Origin: a secondary endosymbiont of Trabutina mannipara
Lineage (GTDB): Bacteria; Pseudomonadota; Gammaproteobacteria; Enterobacterales; Enterobacteriaceae
DNA length: 32,000 bases
Reading direction: 5' to 3'
Assembly: GCF_900090215.1 (NCBI RefSeq)
Contig: NZ_LT594522.1
Coordinates: 150,001-182,000, forward strand
Positions 9,124 to 20,876 of the stretch are shown here, one piece after another. Numbering within the stretch: the stretch's first letter is position 1; each line of letters begins with the position of its first letter. The notes below the pieces were generated by a model that was not told where the DNA came from, did no database searches, and saw only the letters and a list, made by a program, of their open reading frames with translations. The translations under genes and the position numbers were made by a program.

Positions 9124-9908
9124 ATATTAATAATAAAGAAAAAATCCAAATATGGATTGGTGTTATAAGCTTATTTCCTGAGATGTTCCGAGTTATAACT
9201 AATTACGGAGTAACTGGAAGAGCAGTTAAAAATGGTTTATTGAAGGTACAATGTTGGAGCCCACGTGATTTTACTGATGATAAACATCATACTGTAGATG
9301 ATCGTCCTTACGGCGGTGGACCTGGTATGTTAATGATGGTGCAGCCATTGCGAGATGCAATTAATAAAGCAAAAAATCATGCATCAGAAGGTGAAAAAGT
9401 TAAAGTAATTTATCTCTCTCCTACTGGTCGCAAACTAGATAACTTAGGTGTAAGCGAACTCTCTTATAATAAGAAAATGATTCTAGTATGTGGTCGTTAT
9501 GAAGGTATTGATGAGCGTTTAATTGCTACTGAAATTGATGAAGAATGGTCAATAGGTGATTATGTGCTCAGCGGCGGTGAATTAGCAGCAATGGTGGTAA
9601 TTGATTCAATTTCACGTTTTATTCCAGGGATACTAGGACATGAGTACTCTGTAAAAGAGGACTCTTTTGCTAAAGGATTACTAGATTGTCCGCATTATAC
9701 ACGTCCTAAAGTATTAGATGGTATGGCAGTTCCTCCTGTTTTGCTTTCAGGAAATCATAAAGAAATTCGGAGATGGCGCTTAAAACAAAATTTAGGACGA
9801 ACTTGGCTTAAAAGACCTGAACTTTTGGAAAAAATAGCTATAACTAAAGAAGAATCAAATTTATTAATAGAATTTCAGCAAGAATATCAAGAGTGTAAAT
9901 TAATTTAA
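9120..9908 (+). CDS. trmD: tRNA (guanine37-N1)-methyltransferase TrmD. The start is uncertain: TTG at 9120 overlapping the rimM stop, or the ancestral position, now ATA, at 9150.
   Basis: ..[31 protein letters not shown]...[22 protein letters not shown]...[13 protein letters not shown]...[13 protein letters not shown]...[16 protein letters not shown] is near-collinear with E. coli TrmD ([13 protein letters not shown]...). Confidence 0.93.
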   Translation: MNINNKEKIQIWIGVISLFPEMFRVITNYGVTGRAVKNGLLKVQCWSPRDFTDDKHHTVDDRPYGGGPGMLMMVQPLRDAINKAKNHASEGEKVKVIYLSPTGRKLDNLGVSELSYNKKMILVCGRYEGIDERLIATEIDEEWSIGDYVLSGGELAAMVVIDSISRFIPGILGHEYSVKEDSFAKGLLDCPHYTRPKVLDGMAVPPVLLSGNHKEIRRWRLKQNLGRTWLKRPELLEKIAITKEESNLLIEFQQEYQECKLI

Positions 9909-9944
9909 ATTAGAATATTAACTTTTATATCAATTGATAAATTT

Positions 9945-10301
9945 ATGAGTAATATTATTAATCAAATAGAACAAGAACAGCTGAAGCAGAATATACCTAT
10001 TTTTCGTTCAGGTGACTCAGTAGAAGTAAAAGTATGGGTTATTGAAGGAAGTAAAAAACGTCTACAGGCATTTGAGGGTCTCGTTATTGCTATTCGTAAC
10101 AGAGGTCTTCATTCAGCATTTACTGTTCGTAAAATTTCAAATGGATCAGTAGTTGAACGTGTATTTCAAATACACTCTTTAGTTATTGATAGCATTACGG
10201 TAAAACGTTGTGGTGTCGTTCGTAAAGCTAAACTATATTATCTGCGTAAAAGAACAGGTAAAGCAGCACGTATTAAAGAACGTATAAAAAGAATCAATTA
10301 A
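9945..10301 (+). CDS. rplS: 50S ribosomal protein L19
   Basis: The 118-aa [65 protein letters not shown] matches the L19 family and is the last gene of the rpsP operon. Confidence 0.96.
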   Translation: MSNIINQIEQEQLKQNIPIFRSGDSVEVKVWVIEGSKKRLQAFEGLVIAIRNRGLHSAFTVRKISNGSVVERVFQIHSLVIDSITVKRCGVVRKAKLYYLRKRTGKAARIKERIKRIN

Positions 10302-10340
10302 ATTTAAATTTAGCAAATTTTTATAAATTATTTTTGTGGT

Positions 10341-10370
10341 AGTTATTATTAACTAAGTTATTATTAACTA
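10341..10370. repeat. Exact 15-bp tandem duplication
   Basis: agttattattaacta occurs at 10341-10355 and 10356-10370. Confidence 0.95.
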
Positions 10371-10385
10371 TATGTTAAAAACATT

Positions 10386-10413
10386 AATTATCTAATTTTA
10401 ATTATCTAATTTT
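10386..10413. repeat. Exact 14-bp tandem duplication immediately upstream of tRNA-Leu
   Basis: aattatctaatttt occurs at 10386-10399 and 10400-10413. Confidence 0.95.
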
Positions 10414-10416
10414 GTA

Positions 10417-10498
10417 GCCGAAGTGGCGAAATTGGTAAACGCAGTTGACTCAAAATCAACCTCCTTATGGTATGCCGGTTCAAGTCCGGCCTTCGGCA
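10417..10498 (+). tRNA. leuX: tRNA-Leu (anticodon CAA)
   Basis: GCCGAAGTGGCGAAATTGGTAAACGCA GTTGA CTCAAAA TCAAC C..long variable arm..GCCGG TTCAAGT CCGGC CTTCGGC A is near-identical to E. coli leuX. It is a class II tRNA with anticodon CAA. The 3' flank is ct, so no CCA is encoded. Confidence 0.9.
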
Positions 10499-10532
10499 CT
10501 ATACACTACACCTATGCAACAAATAAAAAAAA

Positions 10533-10812
10533 GCGACATTAGCATCATCTATAATTACATTACTATCTTTGCAAGAAGATATTCTCTCATTGAGCCATAA
10601 TTATCACTGATACAAAATACGCTAGTTAAATTAAGCGCATCATGCCTCTCTCTTATTTAGGTTCTATACCATACGTAATGTAATTTGGCAGTAATGATAA
10701 CAACAAAAACGATTATATCATAGCTAGCGGTACTATTTTACTAAAATTACTTCAGATTACCTGGATTTGCTATTTTAAAAAATTTGACAGTAAACAGTAT
10801 CTTGTAGGGTAG
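10533..10812 (+). pseudogene. pepA: Probable 3' remnant of leucyl aminopeptidase pepA
   Basis: Broken frames give ..TLLSLQEDILSLSHNYH*.. (compare RLPLGDEYQEQLESNFAD), ..NLAVMITTKTII.. (compare DIAGTAWRSGKAK) and ASGTILLKLLQITWI (10723 onward; compare ATGRPVALLAQFLLNRAGF). These fall in the order expected for the last ~100 codons of E. coli PepA, and the position upstream of holC-valS matches the E. coli pepA-holC-valS arrangement. Identity is low. Confidence 0.4.
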
Positions 10813-10954
10813 TAGTTGATTTACTTATCATGGGATAATAATTAATTGTGCAATTTTAGGTACCACATAAAATAAATTTTTTTTGAAAATTTCAAGTTAT
10901 AGGATATTACTTTTTTGATTAGTTTCTTGAGTAGACTTAGTATATTATTTTCAC

Positions 10955-11438
10955 ATGAAAAACGTAATTTTTTATCTAATAAATTATTATAAATAAATTA
11001 TTATATTACGTTAAATAACGAACTAAACGTTATGGAAAAATTGCATGTAATTTAGCTACCATTGAATGGCGCAAATTTAAGATGGTATTAATATTATGTG
11101 ATTATGTGAAAATTATTACCAAGTATTAAAGCTTGATGAAGCTCTATGGAATAATGATGTTAATGCTTTTATACCGCATAATATATCTGGTGATATACAT
11201 TGTTGCAGTGCTCCGGTGGAAATTTGCTGTAAAATAGCTGGGGTGATACATCAAGGGATATACTAATTAGCCTGCTTCAGGTATGTGCAGAATTTGCCTT
11301 TTCTTTTAATGAAGTGATAGACTTTGTTCCAAATAATAATTTTTTAAAAAAAGCTAGCGCGTGATCGATATAAATTTTATCGTAACGTTGGTTTTCAATT
11401 AACTACGGCTACACTTCCAACAGAGTACATAGTGATTT
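10955..11438 (+). pseudogene. holC: holC (DNA polymerase III chi subunit) pseudogene with at least 4 frame disruptions
   Basis: The segments are collinear with E. coli HolC as recalled. MKNVIFYLINYYK* (10955-10996) compares with MKNATFYLLDNDT. KIACNLATIEWRKFKMVLILC (frame 0) compares with QLVCEIAAERWRSGKRVLIAC. An exact 8-bp duplication attatgtg|attatgtg (11093-11108) shifts the frame. LCENYYQVLKLDEALWNNDVNAFIPHNISGD..APVEI compares with ACEDEKQAYRLDEALWARPAESFVPHNLAGE..APVEI. After a -1 shift, DILISLLQVCAEFAFSFNEVIDFVPNNNFLKK compares with DILISLRTSFADFATAFTEVVDFVPYEDSLKQ. An A7 run (11346-11352) has one A too many, after which LARDRYKFYRNVGFQLTTAT compares with LARERYKAYRVAGFNLNTAT. The gene lies immediately upstream of valS, as in E. 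coli. Confidence 0.85.
11093..11108. repeat. Exact 8-bp tandem duplication that frameshifts holC
   Basis: attatgtg occurs at 11093-11100 and 11101-11108. Removing one copy restores ..MVLILCENYYQVLKLDEALW.. in a single frame. Confidence 0.9.
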
Positions 11439-14294
11439 ATGGAGAAAATATACAATCCAAAAGATATTGAGCAGCATTTATATGCTAAATGGGAGCATAA
11501 TGGCTATTTCAAGCCAAGTGGCAATATACTGCATGATAGCTACTGCATCATGATTCCACCACCAAACGTTACTGGAAGACTACATATGGGACATGCTTTT
11601 CAGCAGGTCATTATGGATACTTTAATTCGTTATCAACGTATGCAGGGTAAAAATACCTTGTGGCAGGTAGGTACTGATCATGCTGGAATCGCCACACAGA
11701 TGTTAGTTGAACGAAAAATTTCAGAAGAAGAAAAAAAAACTTGTCATGATTACGGACGTGATGCATTTACTAAAAAAATTTGGCAGTGGAAAGCGCAATC
11801 AAGTAGCACTATTACATATCAGATGCGTCGTTTAGGAAATTCAGTAGATTGGGAGCGCGAGCGTTTTACTATGGATGATGGAATATCCAATTCAGTAAAA
11901 GAAGTTTTCGTTTGTCTGTATCAGGAAGGTTTTATTTATCGTGGTAAACGTTTAGTAAATTGGGATCCAAAATTACACACTGCGATTTCTGATTTAGAAG
12001 TAGAAAATCGTGAATTGAAAGGTTCAATATGGCACTTGCGCTACCAACTAGCAGATAACGTACGTACTAAAGATGGTTTAGATTATCTAGTAGTTGCTAC
12101 TACAAGACCAGAAACAATTTTTGGTGATACAGGTATAGCGGTAAACCCAGCAGATCATCGCTATCAAAATTTAATAGGTAAATTCGTTATTTTGCCACTT
12201 CTTGGCAGAAGAATTAAAATTCTAGGCGATGATTATGTAGATATTAAAAAAGGTACAGGATGTGTCAAAATTACACCAGCGCATGATTTTAATGACTATG
12301 AGGTAGGTAAGCGCCATGCTTTACCGATGGTTAATATTTTAACTTTTGATGGAAATATTCACCAAGAAGCTCAAGTATTCGATACAAACGGAAAACCTAG
12401 CCAATTGTTATCAGGAGAAATTCCAGCAGCATTTAGAGGTCTAGACCTTTTTACTGCACGTAAAGCAATAGTTACGGAATTAGACCGTTTGGGATTTATC
12501 GTCGAAGTTAAAGACCATAATATTACAGTACCTTATAGTAATCGTGGCGGTGTAGTTATTGAACCTATGTTAACTGATCAATGGTACGTACGCACAGCGC
12601 CATTAGCAAAAGTAGCAATAAAAGCTGTAGAGCAGGGTGCTATTAAATTTATACCCAAACAATACGAAAATATGTATTTTAGTTGGATGCGTGATATTAA
12701 GGATTGGTGTATTTCTCGCCAATTATGGTGGGGACATCGTATTCCAGCTTGGTATGACATTGAAGGTAAGGTTTATGTAGGTAGAAATGAGAACGAAGTG
12801 CGTAAAATGCACAAATTAGGAAATAAGGTTATCCTATATCAGGACGAAGATGTACTAGATACTTGGTTTTCTTCAGGAATATGGACATTCTCTACTTTAG
12901 GATGGCCAGAAAATACAGAATCTTTAAGCATATTCCATCCCACTAACTTGGTTGTTAGTGGTTTTGATATCATATTCTTCTGGATAGCACGTATGATTAT
13001 GCTAACTATGCATTTTATTAAAGATAAAAATGGCAGACCGCAAGTTCCGTTTAAGAATGTCTATATTACTGGTTTAATTCGGGATGAAGAAGGACAGAAG
13101 ATGTCTAAGTCTAAAGGTAACATCATTGATCCTTTAGATATGATAGATGGAATTTCTTTAGAAAATTTATTGAAAAAACGCACTGGTAATATGATGAATC
13201 CCAAATTAGCAGATAAGATTCGCAAGAGCACCACAAAACAGTTTCCGAATGGAATAGAGCCGCACGGCACAGATGCTCTACGCTTAACCATTATTGCTTT
13301 AGCTTCTACTGGACGCGATATTAACTGGGATATGAATCGTTTAAAAGGTTATTATCATTTTTGCAATAAATTATGGAATGCTAGCCGCTTTGTTTTGATA
13401 AATACTGAAGAGCAGGATTGCGGTTTTTACGGAGGTTATAAAACTCTTTCTATAGCTGATCGTTGGATCATGACAAAATTTAATAATACAGTTAAGTTAT
13501 TCCGTGATGCGTTAAATAATTACCGTTTTGATTTAGCAGCTGGTATTTTATATGAATTTACTTGGAACCAGTTCTGCGGATGGTATCTAGAATTAACTAA
13601 GCCAATTATAAGCTGTGGTAGCGATGCTGAATTGCGCGGTACCCGTCATACCTTAGTTAAAGTACTAGAAGCGTTGCTTCGTTTAGCACACCCAATTCTT
13701 CCTTTTATTACTGAAACTATCTGGCAGAGAGTAAAGATGCTCACTAGAAAACAGGGACCAACTATTATGCTACAACCTTTTCCTGATTATGATACCAAAA
13801 TTGCGGACGTAAATGCACTTACTGATATAGAATGGATAAAACAAACTATTATTGCGGTACGCAATCTTCGTACAAAGATGAATATTGCACCAAATAAGCA
13901 GTTATCGGTTTTGTTTCGACAAGCTTCATCAGCAGTAGTACATAGAATACATAATAACATGAAATTTATAATAAATATAGCTAAGCTTGACAGCATTACT
14001 ATATTACCTGTTAACGATAAAGGACCTATTTCTGTAACGCAAATTATAGAAGGCGCCGAACTTTTAATCCCTATTGCAGGTATAATAAATAAAAATACTG
14101 AATTAGAACGTCTTGAAAAAGAAAAAAAATGTATTGAAAGAGAAATAGACCGTATCACTACCAAGCTAAGTAATAAAAAATTTATTGATCATGCTCCTGA
14201 AAAAGTAGTAGCAAAAGAACTAGAAAAACTAAAAAAATATCATAAATATAGGACAAAATTGCTAGAACAGCATACGCTTATAGCTACTAGCTAG
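11439..14294 (+). CDS. valS: Valine--tRNA ligase
   Basis: The 951-aa ORF has [13 protein letters not shown] (HIGH), KMSKSKGN (KMSKS), a CP1 editing region and a C-terminal coiled coil, and is collinear with E. coli ValS. Confidence 0.98.
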   Translation: MEKIYNPKDIEQHLYAKWEHNGYFKPSGNILHDSYCIMIPPPNVTGRLHMGHAFQQVIMDTLIRYQRMQGKNTLWQVGTDHAGIATQMLVERKISEEEKKTCHDYGRDAFTKKIWQWKAQSSSTITYQMRRLGNSVDWERERFTMDDGISNSVKEVFVCLYQEGFIYRGKRLVNWDPKLHTAISDLEVENRELKGSIWHLRYQLADNVRTKDGLDYLVVATTRPETIFGDTGIAVNPADHRYQNLIGKFVILPLLGRRIKILGDDYVDIKKGTGCVKITPAHDFNDYEVGKRHALPMVNILTFDGNIHQEAQVFDTNGKPSQLLSGEIPAAFRGLDLFTARKAIVTELDRLGFIVEVKDHNITVPYSNRGGVVIEPMLTDQWYVRTAPLAKVAIKAVEQGAIKFIPKQYENMYFSWMRDIKDWCISRQLWWGHRIPAWYDIEGKVYVGRNENEVRKMHKLGNKVILYQDEDVLDTWFSSGIWTFSTLGWPENTESLSIFHPTNLVVSGFDIIFFWIARMIMLTMHFIKDKNGRPQVPFKNVYITGLIRDEEGQKMSKSKGNIIDPLDMIDGISLENLLKKRTGNMMNPKLADKIRKSTTKQFPNGIEPHGTDALRLTIIALASTGRDINWDMNRLKGYYHFCNKLWNASRFVLINTEEQDCGFYGGYKTLSIADRWIMTKFNNTVKLFRDALNNYRFDLAAGILYEFTWNQFCGWYLELTKPIISCGSDAELRGTRHTLVKVLEALLRLAHPILPFITETIWQRVKMLTRKQGPTIMLQPFPDYDTKIADVNALTDIEWIKQTIIAVRNLRTKMNIAPNKQLSVLFRQASSAVVHRIHNNMKFIINIAKLDSITILPVNDKGPISVTQIIEGAELLIPIAGIINKNTELERLEKEKKCIEREIDRITTKLSNKKFIDHAPEKVVAKELEKLKKYHKYRTKLLEQHTLIATS

Positions 14295-14360
14295 TGTAAG
14301 TTTATTATGCAATCTTAAAATATTAATTAAGGAAACTAAACCATAAATTATGGAAATAAT

Positions 14361-15377
14361 ATGATAAATAAGTTAGTTAAACGTAATTTTTTAAGATTGA
14401 TGGATTTTACATCTGCAGAAATTAATCAATTACTAGCTCTAGCAACTAGCTTAAAATACCAAAAACGTACTAAATGCGAAATACCGCTTCTAGCAGGTAA
14501 AAATATTGCACTTATATTCGAAAAAGATTCAACACGTACCAGATGTTCTTTTGAAGTAGCAGCGTTTGATCAGGGTGCTCGTGTAACATATTTAGGACTA
14601 AATGGGAGCCATATAGGCTATAAAGAATCTATTAAGGATTCTGCTATAATCTTAGGAAGAATGTATGATGCTATTCAGTATCGTGGATATGATCAGTCAA
14701 TTGTTGAAAAAATAGCGCTTTATGCAGGAGTGCCAGTATGGAACGGATTAACAAATGAGTTTCATCCTACTCAGGTACTGGCTGATATGCTTACTATGCA
14801 AGAATTTTTACCAGAAAAAAAATTTAATAAAATGAAACTTGCCTATGTCGGTGACGCTCGAAATAATATAAGTAATACGCTTCTAGAAGCTGCAGCGCTA
14901 ACTGGTATTAATCTACGTATTATAGCACCCAGCACTTTTTGGCCAAATTATGATCTGGTAGTATCTTGCCGTAAACTGGCACATAAAAACGGAGGTAATA
15001 TAACTCTTACTCAAGATATAGCTACAGGAGTAAAAAATGTAGACTTTATTTATACCGATGTATGGGTATCAATGGGCGAAGATAAAAATGTATGGCAAGA
15101 ACGAATCGAAATGCTGCGTAGTTATCAAATAAATATGACCATGCTTCATCAAACTGGTAATTCAAAAGTAAAATTTTTACATTGTTTACCAGCATTTCAT
15201 AATAAGCAAACAATTATAGGTAAGCAACTAATTGAACAGTACGGCCTAGTTGGTGGTATAGAAGTTACAAATGATGTTTTTGAATCCCCACATAGTGTGG
15301 TATTTGATCAAGCAGAAAATAGATTGCATACAATTAAAGCAGTAATGGTTGCAACATTAGTAACAAATATCAATTAA
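14361..15377 (+). CDS. argI: Ornithine carbamoyltransferase
   Basis: The 338-aa ORF has [16 protein letters not shown] (STRTR), [11 protein letters not shown] (HPxQ), DVWVSMG and FLHCLPAFH (HCLP). It is very close to E. coli ArgI/ArgF. Proximity to valS matches the argI region of E. coli. Confidence 0.95.
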   Translation: MINKLVKRNFLRLMDFTSAEINQLLALATSLKYQKRTKCEIPLLAGKNIALIFEKDSTRTRCSFEVAAFDQGARVTYLGLNGSHIGYKESIKDSAIILGRMYDAIQYRGYDQSIVEKIALYAGVPVWNGLTNEFHPTQVLADMLTMQEFLPEKKFNKMKLAYVGDARNNISNTLLEAAALTGINLRIIAPSTFWPNYDLVVSCRKLAHKNGGNITLTQDIATGVKNVDFIYTDVWVSMGEDKNVWQERIEMLRSYQINMTMLHQTGNSKVKFLHCLPAFHNKQTIIGKQLIEQYGLVGGIEVTNDVFESPHSVVFDQAENRLHTIKAVMVATLVTNIN

Positions 15378-15513
15378 TGCTCTTAATAAAGCAAAAACAT
15401 ATAATGTAATGTTTAAATTAAGTTAATTTATTTTAGCTATAAAATAAATTTTTATATATAAAAAATTAGACACTACTCCTAACTGGAAAATAATGCAAAG
15501 AGATTAATAAAAC

Positions 15514-16620
15514 ATGAAAAATGTTGGTTTTATTGGTTGGCGCGGATTAGTAGGTTCGGTATTGATGCAACGCATGATAGAAGAACATGATTTTGATCAT
15601 ATCAGACCAGTATTTTTTTCAAGTACTCAGTATGGTCAGTCAGCACCACTGGTAAATAGCTATCATAATAGATTGCATAACGCTATGGATCTAAAAATGC
15701 TCAGAGATTTAGATATTATTGTTACCTGTCAGGGTGGTGATTATACAAAAGAAATATATCCTCAATTGCGTAAAATTGGCTGGCAAGGATACTGGATTGA
15801 TGCAGCTTCGTCTCTGCGTATGTATGATGACGCTATTATAATACTTGATCCTATAAACAAATCATTAATACAACAGGGTCTAAATCAAGGTATTAAAACT
15901 TTTGTTGGCGGTAACTGTACTGTAAGTCTAATGCTAATGGCACTAGGAGGGTTATTCGCTAACAATTTAGTTGAATGGATCTCAGTTGCTACTTATCAAG
16001 CAGCATCTGGAGGTGGAGCTCGTCATATGCGTGAACTATTAGTACAAATGGTGCAATTTTATGATACTATAGCTAAACCCTTACAAGATCCTGCATTTTC
16101 TATTCTAGAAATAGAACGTCGGTTCACCGAACTAACTCGCAGTGGTACTTTGATGACAGATAATTTTGGCGTCCCGCTGGTAGGTAGTTTGATTCCATGG
16201 ATTGATAAACAGCTAGAAAATGGTCAGAGTCGCGAAGAATGGAAAGGACAAGCAGAAACTAATAAAATTCTTAATACCAGTAAGTTAATACCGATAGACG
16301 GTTTGTGTGTGCGTATAGGAGCTTTGCGCTGTCATAGTCAAGCTTTTACGTTAAAGTTGAAAAAAAATGTTTCGTTAGCTGAAATTGAAATATTGCTCGC
16401 AACTCATAATGAATGGGTAAGCGTAGTGCCCAATGATCGTGAACTATCTATACAGGAATTAACTCCAGCAGTGGTAACTGGAACACTAAAAATCCCTGTG
16501 GGTAGACTGCGTAAATTAAATATAGGTCCTGAATATATTTCAGCTTTCACTGTAGGAGATCAACTGTTGTGGGGAGCTGCAGAACCTCTGCGACGGATGT
16601 TACGCCAATTATCGAATTAA
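15514..16620 (+). CDS. asd: Aspartate-semialdehyde dehydrogenase
   Basis: The 368-aa ORF has [21 protein letters not shown] (NAD-binding start), [17 protein letters not shown] (active-site Cys) and CHSQAFT, and is collinear with E. coli Asd. Confidence 0.96.
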   Translation: MKNVGFIGWRGLVGSVLMQRMIEEHDFDHIRPVFFSSTQYGQSAPLVNSYHNRLHNAMDLKMLRDLDIIVTCQGGDYTKEIYPQLRKIGWQGYWIDAASSLRMYDDAIIILDPINKSLIQQGLNQGIKTFVGGNCTVSLMLMALGGLFANNLVEWISVATYQAASGGGARHMRELLVQMVQFYDTIAKPLQDPAFSILEIERRFTELTRSGTLMTDNFGVPLVGSLIPWIDKQLENGQSREEWKGQAETNKILNTSKLIPIDGLCVRIGALRCHSQAFTLKLKKNVSLAEIEILLATHNEWVSVVPNDRELSIQELTPAVVTGTLKIPVGRLRKLNIGPEYISAFTVGDQLLWGAAEPLRRMLRQLSN

Positions 16621-16634
16621 TAAAAATATTTTTA

Positions 16635-16722
16635 CGGTGAGAGAGGGATTCGAACCCTCGATACAATTTTATTGTATACACACTTTCCAGGCGTGCTCCT
16701 TTAGCCACTCGGACACCTCACC
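16635..16722 (-). tRNA. serW: tRNA-Ser (anticodon GGA)
   Basis: The reverse complement GGTGAGGTGTCCGAGTGGCTAAAGGAGCACGCCTGGAAAGTGTGTATACAATAAAATTGTATCGAGGGTTCGAATCCCTCTCTCACCG is near-identical to E. coli tRNA-Ser(GGA) (serV/serW type), with a long variable arm. No CCA is encoded (the 3' flank is taa). Confidence 0.9.
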
Positions 16723-16808
16723 TCATATGTAAAATTAACTATATTATAATTATAGTTTACTTTAAAGCACTAAATTTTTTTAAAAAAACTATTTAAATAG
16801 GAACTACT

Positions 16809-17464
16809 ATGGCTACCTGGGTAACAGGTAATGTGGTACATAGAAAACATTGGATGAATGGTTAGTTTAATAGTACATGCTCCAATTTATCATTTTACTG
16901 CAGGACAATTTACTAAGTAATGAAATGAATATTCATGGAGAAAAAATTCAGCGAGCTTATTCATATGTTAATGCACTGCAAAATTATAAATTAGAATTTT
17001 ACATTATTTCTGTTCCTAATGGAAAATTAAGTCATGCTCTATGGCAATAACCTAATGATAACTAAAGAAGCAGACCGCGATAGGACCTTATTTATCAATT
17101 ATTGAGCATAGCAAGGTAATTGAAAAATTTAGGAGAATTATTCTGATACACGCAGTACGTTTTGTTCATAACCTTAATTATCTACCACAGATGCTGAAAC
17201 TACAGCATCGTTATAAATGAAAATTGAAAATACAAACAGTAATTAGTTGCGAATTAGTTGCGAAAAGGTTCCTGGATATCTAACTGGACGTATTCCATCA
17301 TTAATTGCAAATGGTTCGCTTGAATTAGCTGTAGATCTAAAGTTAGATATTGAAAATAGCCATATAATGTGTAAATCCTAATATGTGTGTTAAATAACAG
17401 CCGCGGTATGCTGATACATTCTATGTACAATCATGGCCAGATAACTATTGAAAATTACTGGTAA
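16809..17464 (+). pseudogene. fpr: fpr (ferredoxin/flavodoxin-NADP+ reductase) pseudogene
   Basis: The fragments fall in E. coli Fpr order across several frames with stops. MATWVTGNVVHRKHWMNG* (16809-16865) compares with MADWVTGKVTKVQNWTDA. VHAPIYHFTAGQFTK** compares with VHAPVLPFTAGQFTKL. IHGEKIQRAYSYVNALQNYKLEFYIISVPNGKLSHALWQ* compares with IDGERVQRAYSYVNSPDNPDLEFYLVTVPDGKLSPRLAAL. GYLTGRIPSLIANGSLELAVDLKLDIENSHIMCKS* compares with GSLTGRIPALIESGELESTIGLPMNKETSHVMLCGNP. HGQITIENYW* (ending 17464) compares with PGHMTAEHYW*. The middle NADP-binding part is largely deleted. Confidence 0.85.
17241..17262. repeat. Exact 11-bp tandem duplication inside the fpr pseudogene
   Basis: aattagttgcg occurs at 17241-17251 and 17252-17262. 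Confidence 0.9.
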
Positions 17465-17480
17465 AATTTGCATTATTCAT

Positions 17481-17510
17481 CATGAAACTTAAATCCATGA
17501 AACTTAAATC
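17481..17510. repeat. Exact 15-bp tandem duplication
   Basis: catgaaacttaaatc occurs at 17481-17495 and 17496-17510. Confidence 0.95.
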
Positions 17511-17623
17511 TTATCTAAGAAGAAGATAGAGAAAAATATTATTTAGATCGGTTATTAAATTCTACATTGCTAAATACAATTTGCATTGTAAGAATTGCAA
17601 GCTCAATAATTTACAGCCTATAA

Positions 17624-17709
17624 TGGTACCCGGGACGAGAGTTGAACTCGTATAGCTAAAAGCTGAGGGATTTTAAATCCCTTGTGTCTGCCGATTTCAC
17701 CACCCGGGT
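17624..17709 (-). tRNA. leuZ: tRNA-Leu (anticodon UAA)
   Basis: The reverse complement ACCCGGGTGGTGAAATCGGCAGACACA AGGGA TTTAAAA TCCCT C..variable arm..ACGAG TTCAACT CTCGT CCCGGGT A CCA is similar to E. coli leuZ. CCA is encoded. Confidence 0.9.
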
Positions 17710-17725
17710 ATTTACGAAAAACTAA

Positions 17726-17796
17726 AGGCACGTCCCGGAATTGAACCGGGGTAGACGGATTTGCAATCCGATGCATGGCCACTCTGCCAACGCGCC
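17726..17796 (-). tRNA. cysT: tRNA-Cys (anticodon GCA)
   Basis: The reverse complement GGCGCGTTGGCAGAGTGGCCATGCATCGGATTGCAAATCCGTCTACCCCGGTTCAATTCCGGGACGTGCCT is similar to E. coli cysT. No CCA is encoded (the flank is tta). Confidence 0.9.
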
Positions 17797-17807
17797 TTAA
17801 ATTGGAT

Positions 17808-17882
17808 TGGAGCGGGAAACGAGGATCGAACTCGCGACCCCAACCTTGGCAAGGTTGTGCTCTACCACTGAGCTATTCCCGC
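17808..17882 (-). tRNA. glyW: tRNA-Gly (anticodon GCC)
   Basis: The reverse complement GCGGGAATAGCTCAGTGGTAGAGCACAACCTTGCCAAGGTTGGGGTCGCGAGTTCGATCCTCGTTTCCCGCTCCA is near-identical to E. coli tRNA-Gly(GCC). CCA is encoded. The order Gly-Cys-Leu matches the E. coli glyW-cysT-leuZ operon. Confidence 0.93.
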
Positions 17883-18225
17883 GCATTCCAGCGCATATTT
17901 ATTTTAGATATCTCATTTTTCAGTATAAGTCAATATAAAAAGAATAATTTAATATTAGTAAGAATAATTTTAAGAATAAGATATTAGTTTGTTTATTTAA
18001 TAATAATTTTTTTAAAAAAATTATGAGTATTTTAAAAAAATTTCAATAACTACTTTAAATTTTTTTTAAAAATAAAAAATTAAAATATTTATGAAATTTA
18101 TTATTTATTTATGCATGTAATATTGAAAATTATCCTTGATTTTTTTATCATACAATTAATTTTTTTATCAGTGCAGTATTCTGAATTTTTTCAGTAACTA
18201 ATGCTTAAAAATTGGAGTAAAATTA

Positions 18226-18402
18226 ATGGCAGTACAGCAAAATAAACATACCCGTTCGAAACGGGGTATGCGTCGTTCACATGATGCGCTGATAACTTCT
18301 ACTTTAACAATAGATAAAACTTCCGGTGAAATACACCGGCTTCACCATATCACCGCAAAAGGTTTTTACCGTGGCCGTAAAGTTATATCAATATCCAAAT
18401 AA
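18226..18402 (+). CDS. rpmF: 50S ribosomal protein L32 (58 aa, below the ORF-track size cutoff)
   Basis: Own translation from the ATG at 18226, with a GGAG 9 nt upstream at 18214-18217, gives [59 protein letters not shown]. coli L32 is [49 protein letters not shown]. Confidence 0.95.
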   Translation: MAVQQNKHTRSKRGMRRSHDALITSTLTIDKTSGEIHRLHHITAKGFYRGRKVISISK

Positions 18403-18418
18403 TTTTTATCCTTTTTCA

Positions 18419-18582
18419 GGAATATTATCTAATATTCCAGCAAATCGTTTTAGCTCTCAGAAATAGCTAGTACTGTAGCTTTTTTTGCTTCTGATGAAGC
18501 ATCATACATTACCGGCGAGACAATACATGTAAACGGAGGCATATATAACATCATTGGCGTTATATTATGGTATAAATTATAA
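18419..18582 (+). pseudogene. fabG: 3' remnant of fabG (3-oxoacyl-ACP reductase): only about the last 45 codons, with a frameshift
   Basis: [14 protein letters not shown] (compare GILAQVPAGRLGGAQ) is followed, after a 1-nt frame change, by [29 protein letters not shown] (compare [31 protein letters not shown]). It starts 17 nt after the rpmF stop and lies upstream of acpP, as fabG does in E. coli. Confidence 0.85.
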
Positions 18583-18585
18583 TAT

Positions 18586-18615
18586 ATGTTAAAATTAATA
18601 ATGTTAAAATTAATA
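18586..18615. repeat. Exact 15-bp tandem duplication upstream of acpP
   Basis: atgttaaaattaata occurs at 18586-18600 and 18601-18615. Confidence 0.95.
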
Positions 18616-18692
18616 AAATAATATGACAAATTGCATCTTCTTAAAGAAGATATTTATTTTAAAAATATATTGGGGATAGGAAATTTAATAGT

Positions 18693-18926
18693 ATGAGCAC
18701 TATCGAAGATAGCGTTAAGGAAATTATTGTTGACCAGCTAGGAGTTAAAAAAGAAGAAGTCATTAATAGTGCATCTTTTGTTGATGACCTCGGTGCTGAC
18801 TCTCTGGACACCGTAGAACTTATAATGGCATTAGAGGAAGAGTTTGATATTGAAATTACGGATGAAGAAGCGGAGAAAATTACTACTGTTCAGGCAGCTA
18901 TTGATTTTATTCAGTATAACCAGTAG
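18693..18926 (+). CDS. acpP: Acyl carrier protein
   Basis: The 77-aa [72 protein letters not shown] is close to E. coli ACP, and the DSL phosphopantetheine-attachment Ser is intact. Confidence 0.97.
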   Translation: MSTIEDSVKEIIVDQLGVKKEEVINSASFVDDLGADSLDTVELIMALEEEFDIEITDEEAEKITTVQAAIDFIQYNQ

Positions 18927-19009
18927 GAATTATTATGAATATTAAAAAATGTAGATTGGTGGCTATAAATTACAAAAATTGCTATATTAATTTAATGCCT
19001 TGATCTTAA

Positions 19010-20809
<1,800 letters not shown>

Positions 20810-20876
20810 GTTAGCGCTAGATATGCTAAAAAAGATCAGCGTAAATGATATAAATTATCAAAAATAACAGTTGTTA

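Noticed and set aside
17775-17987. A 70-aa ORF on the plus strand
   Set aside because: It is antisense to tRNA-Cys and tRNA-Gly, then runs into AT-rich spacer. It has no homology and no RBS.
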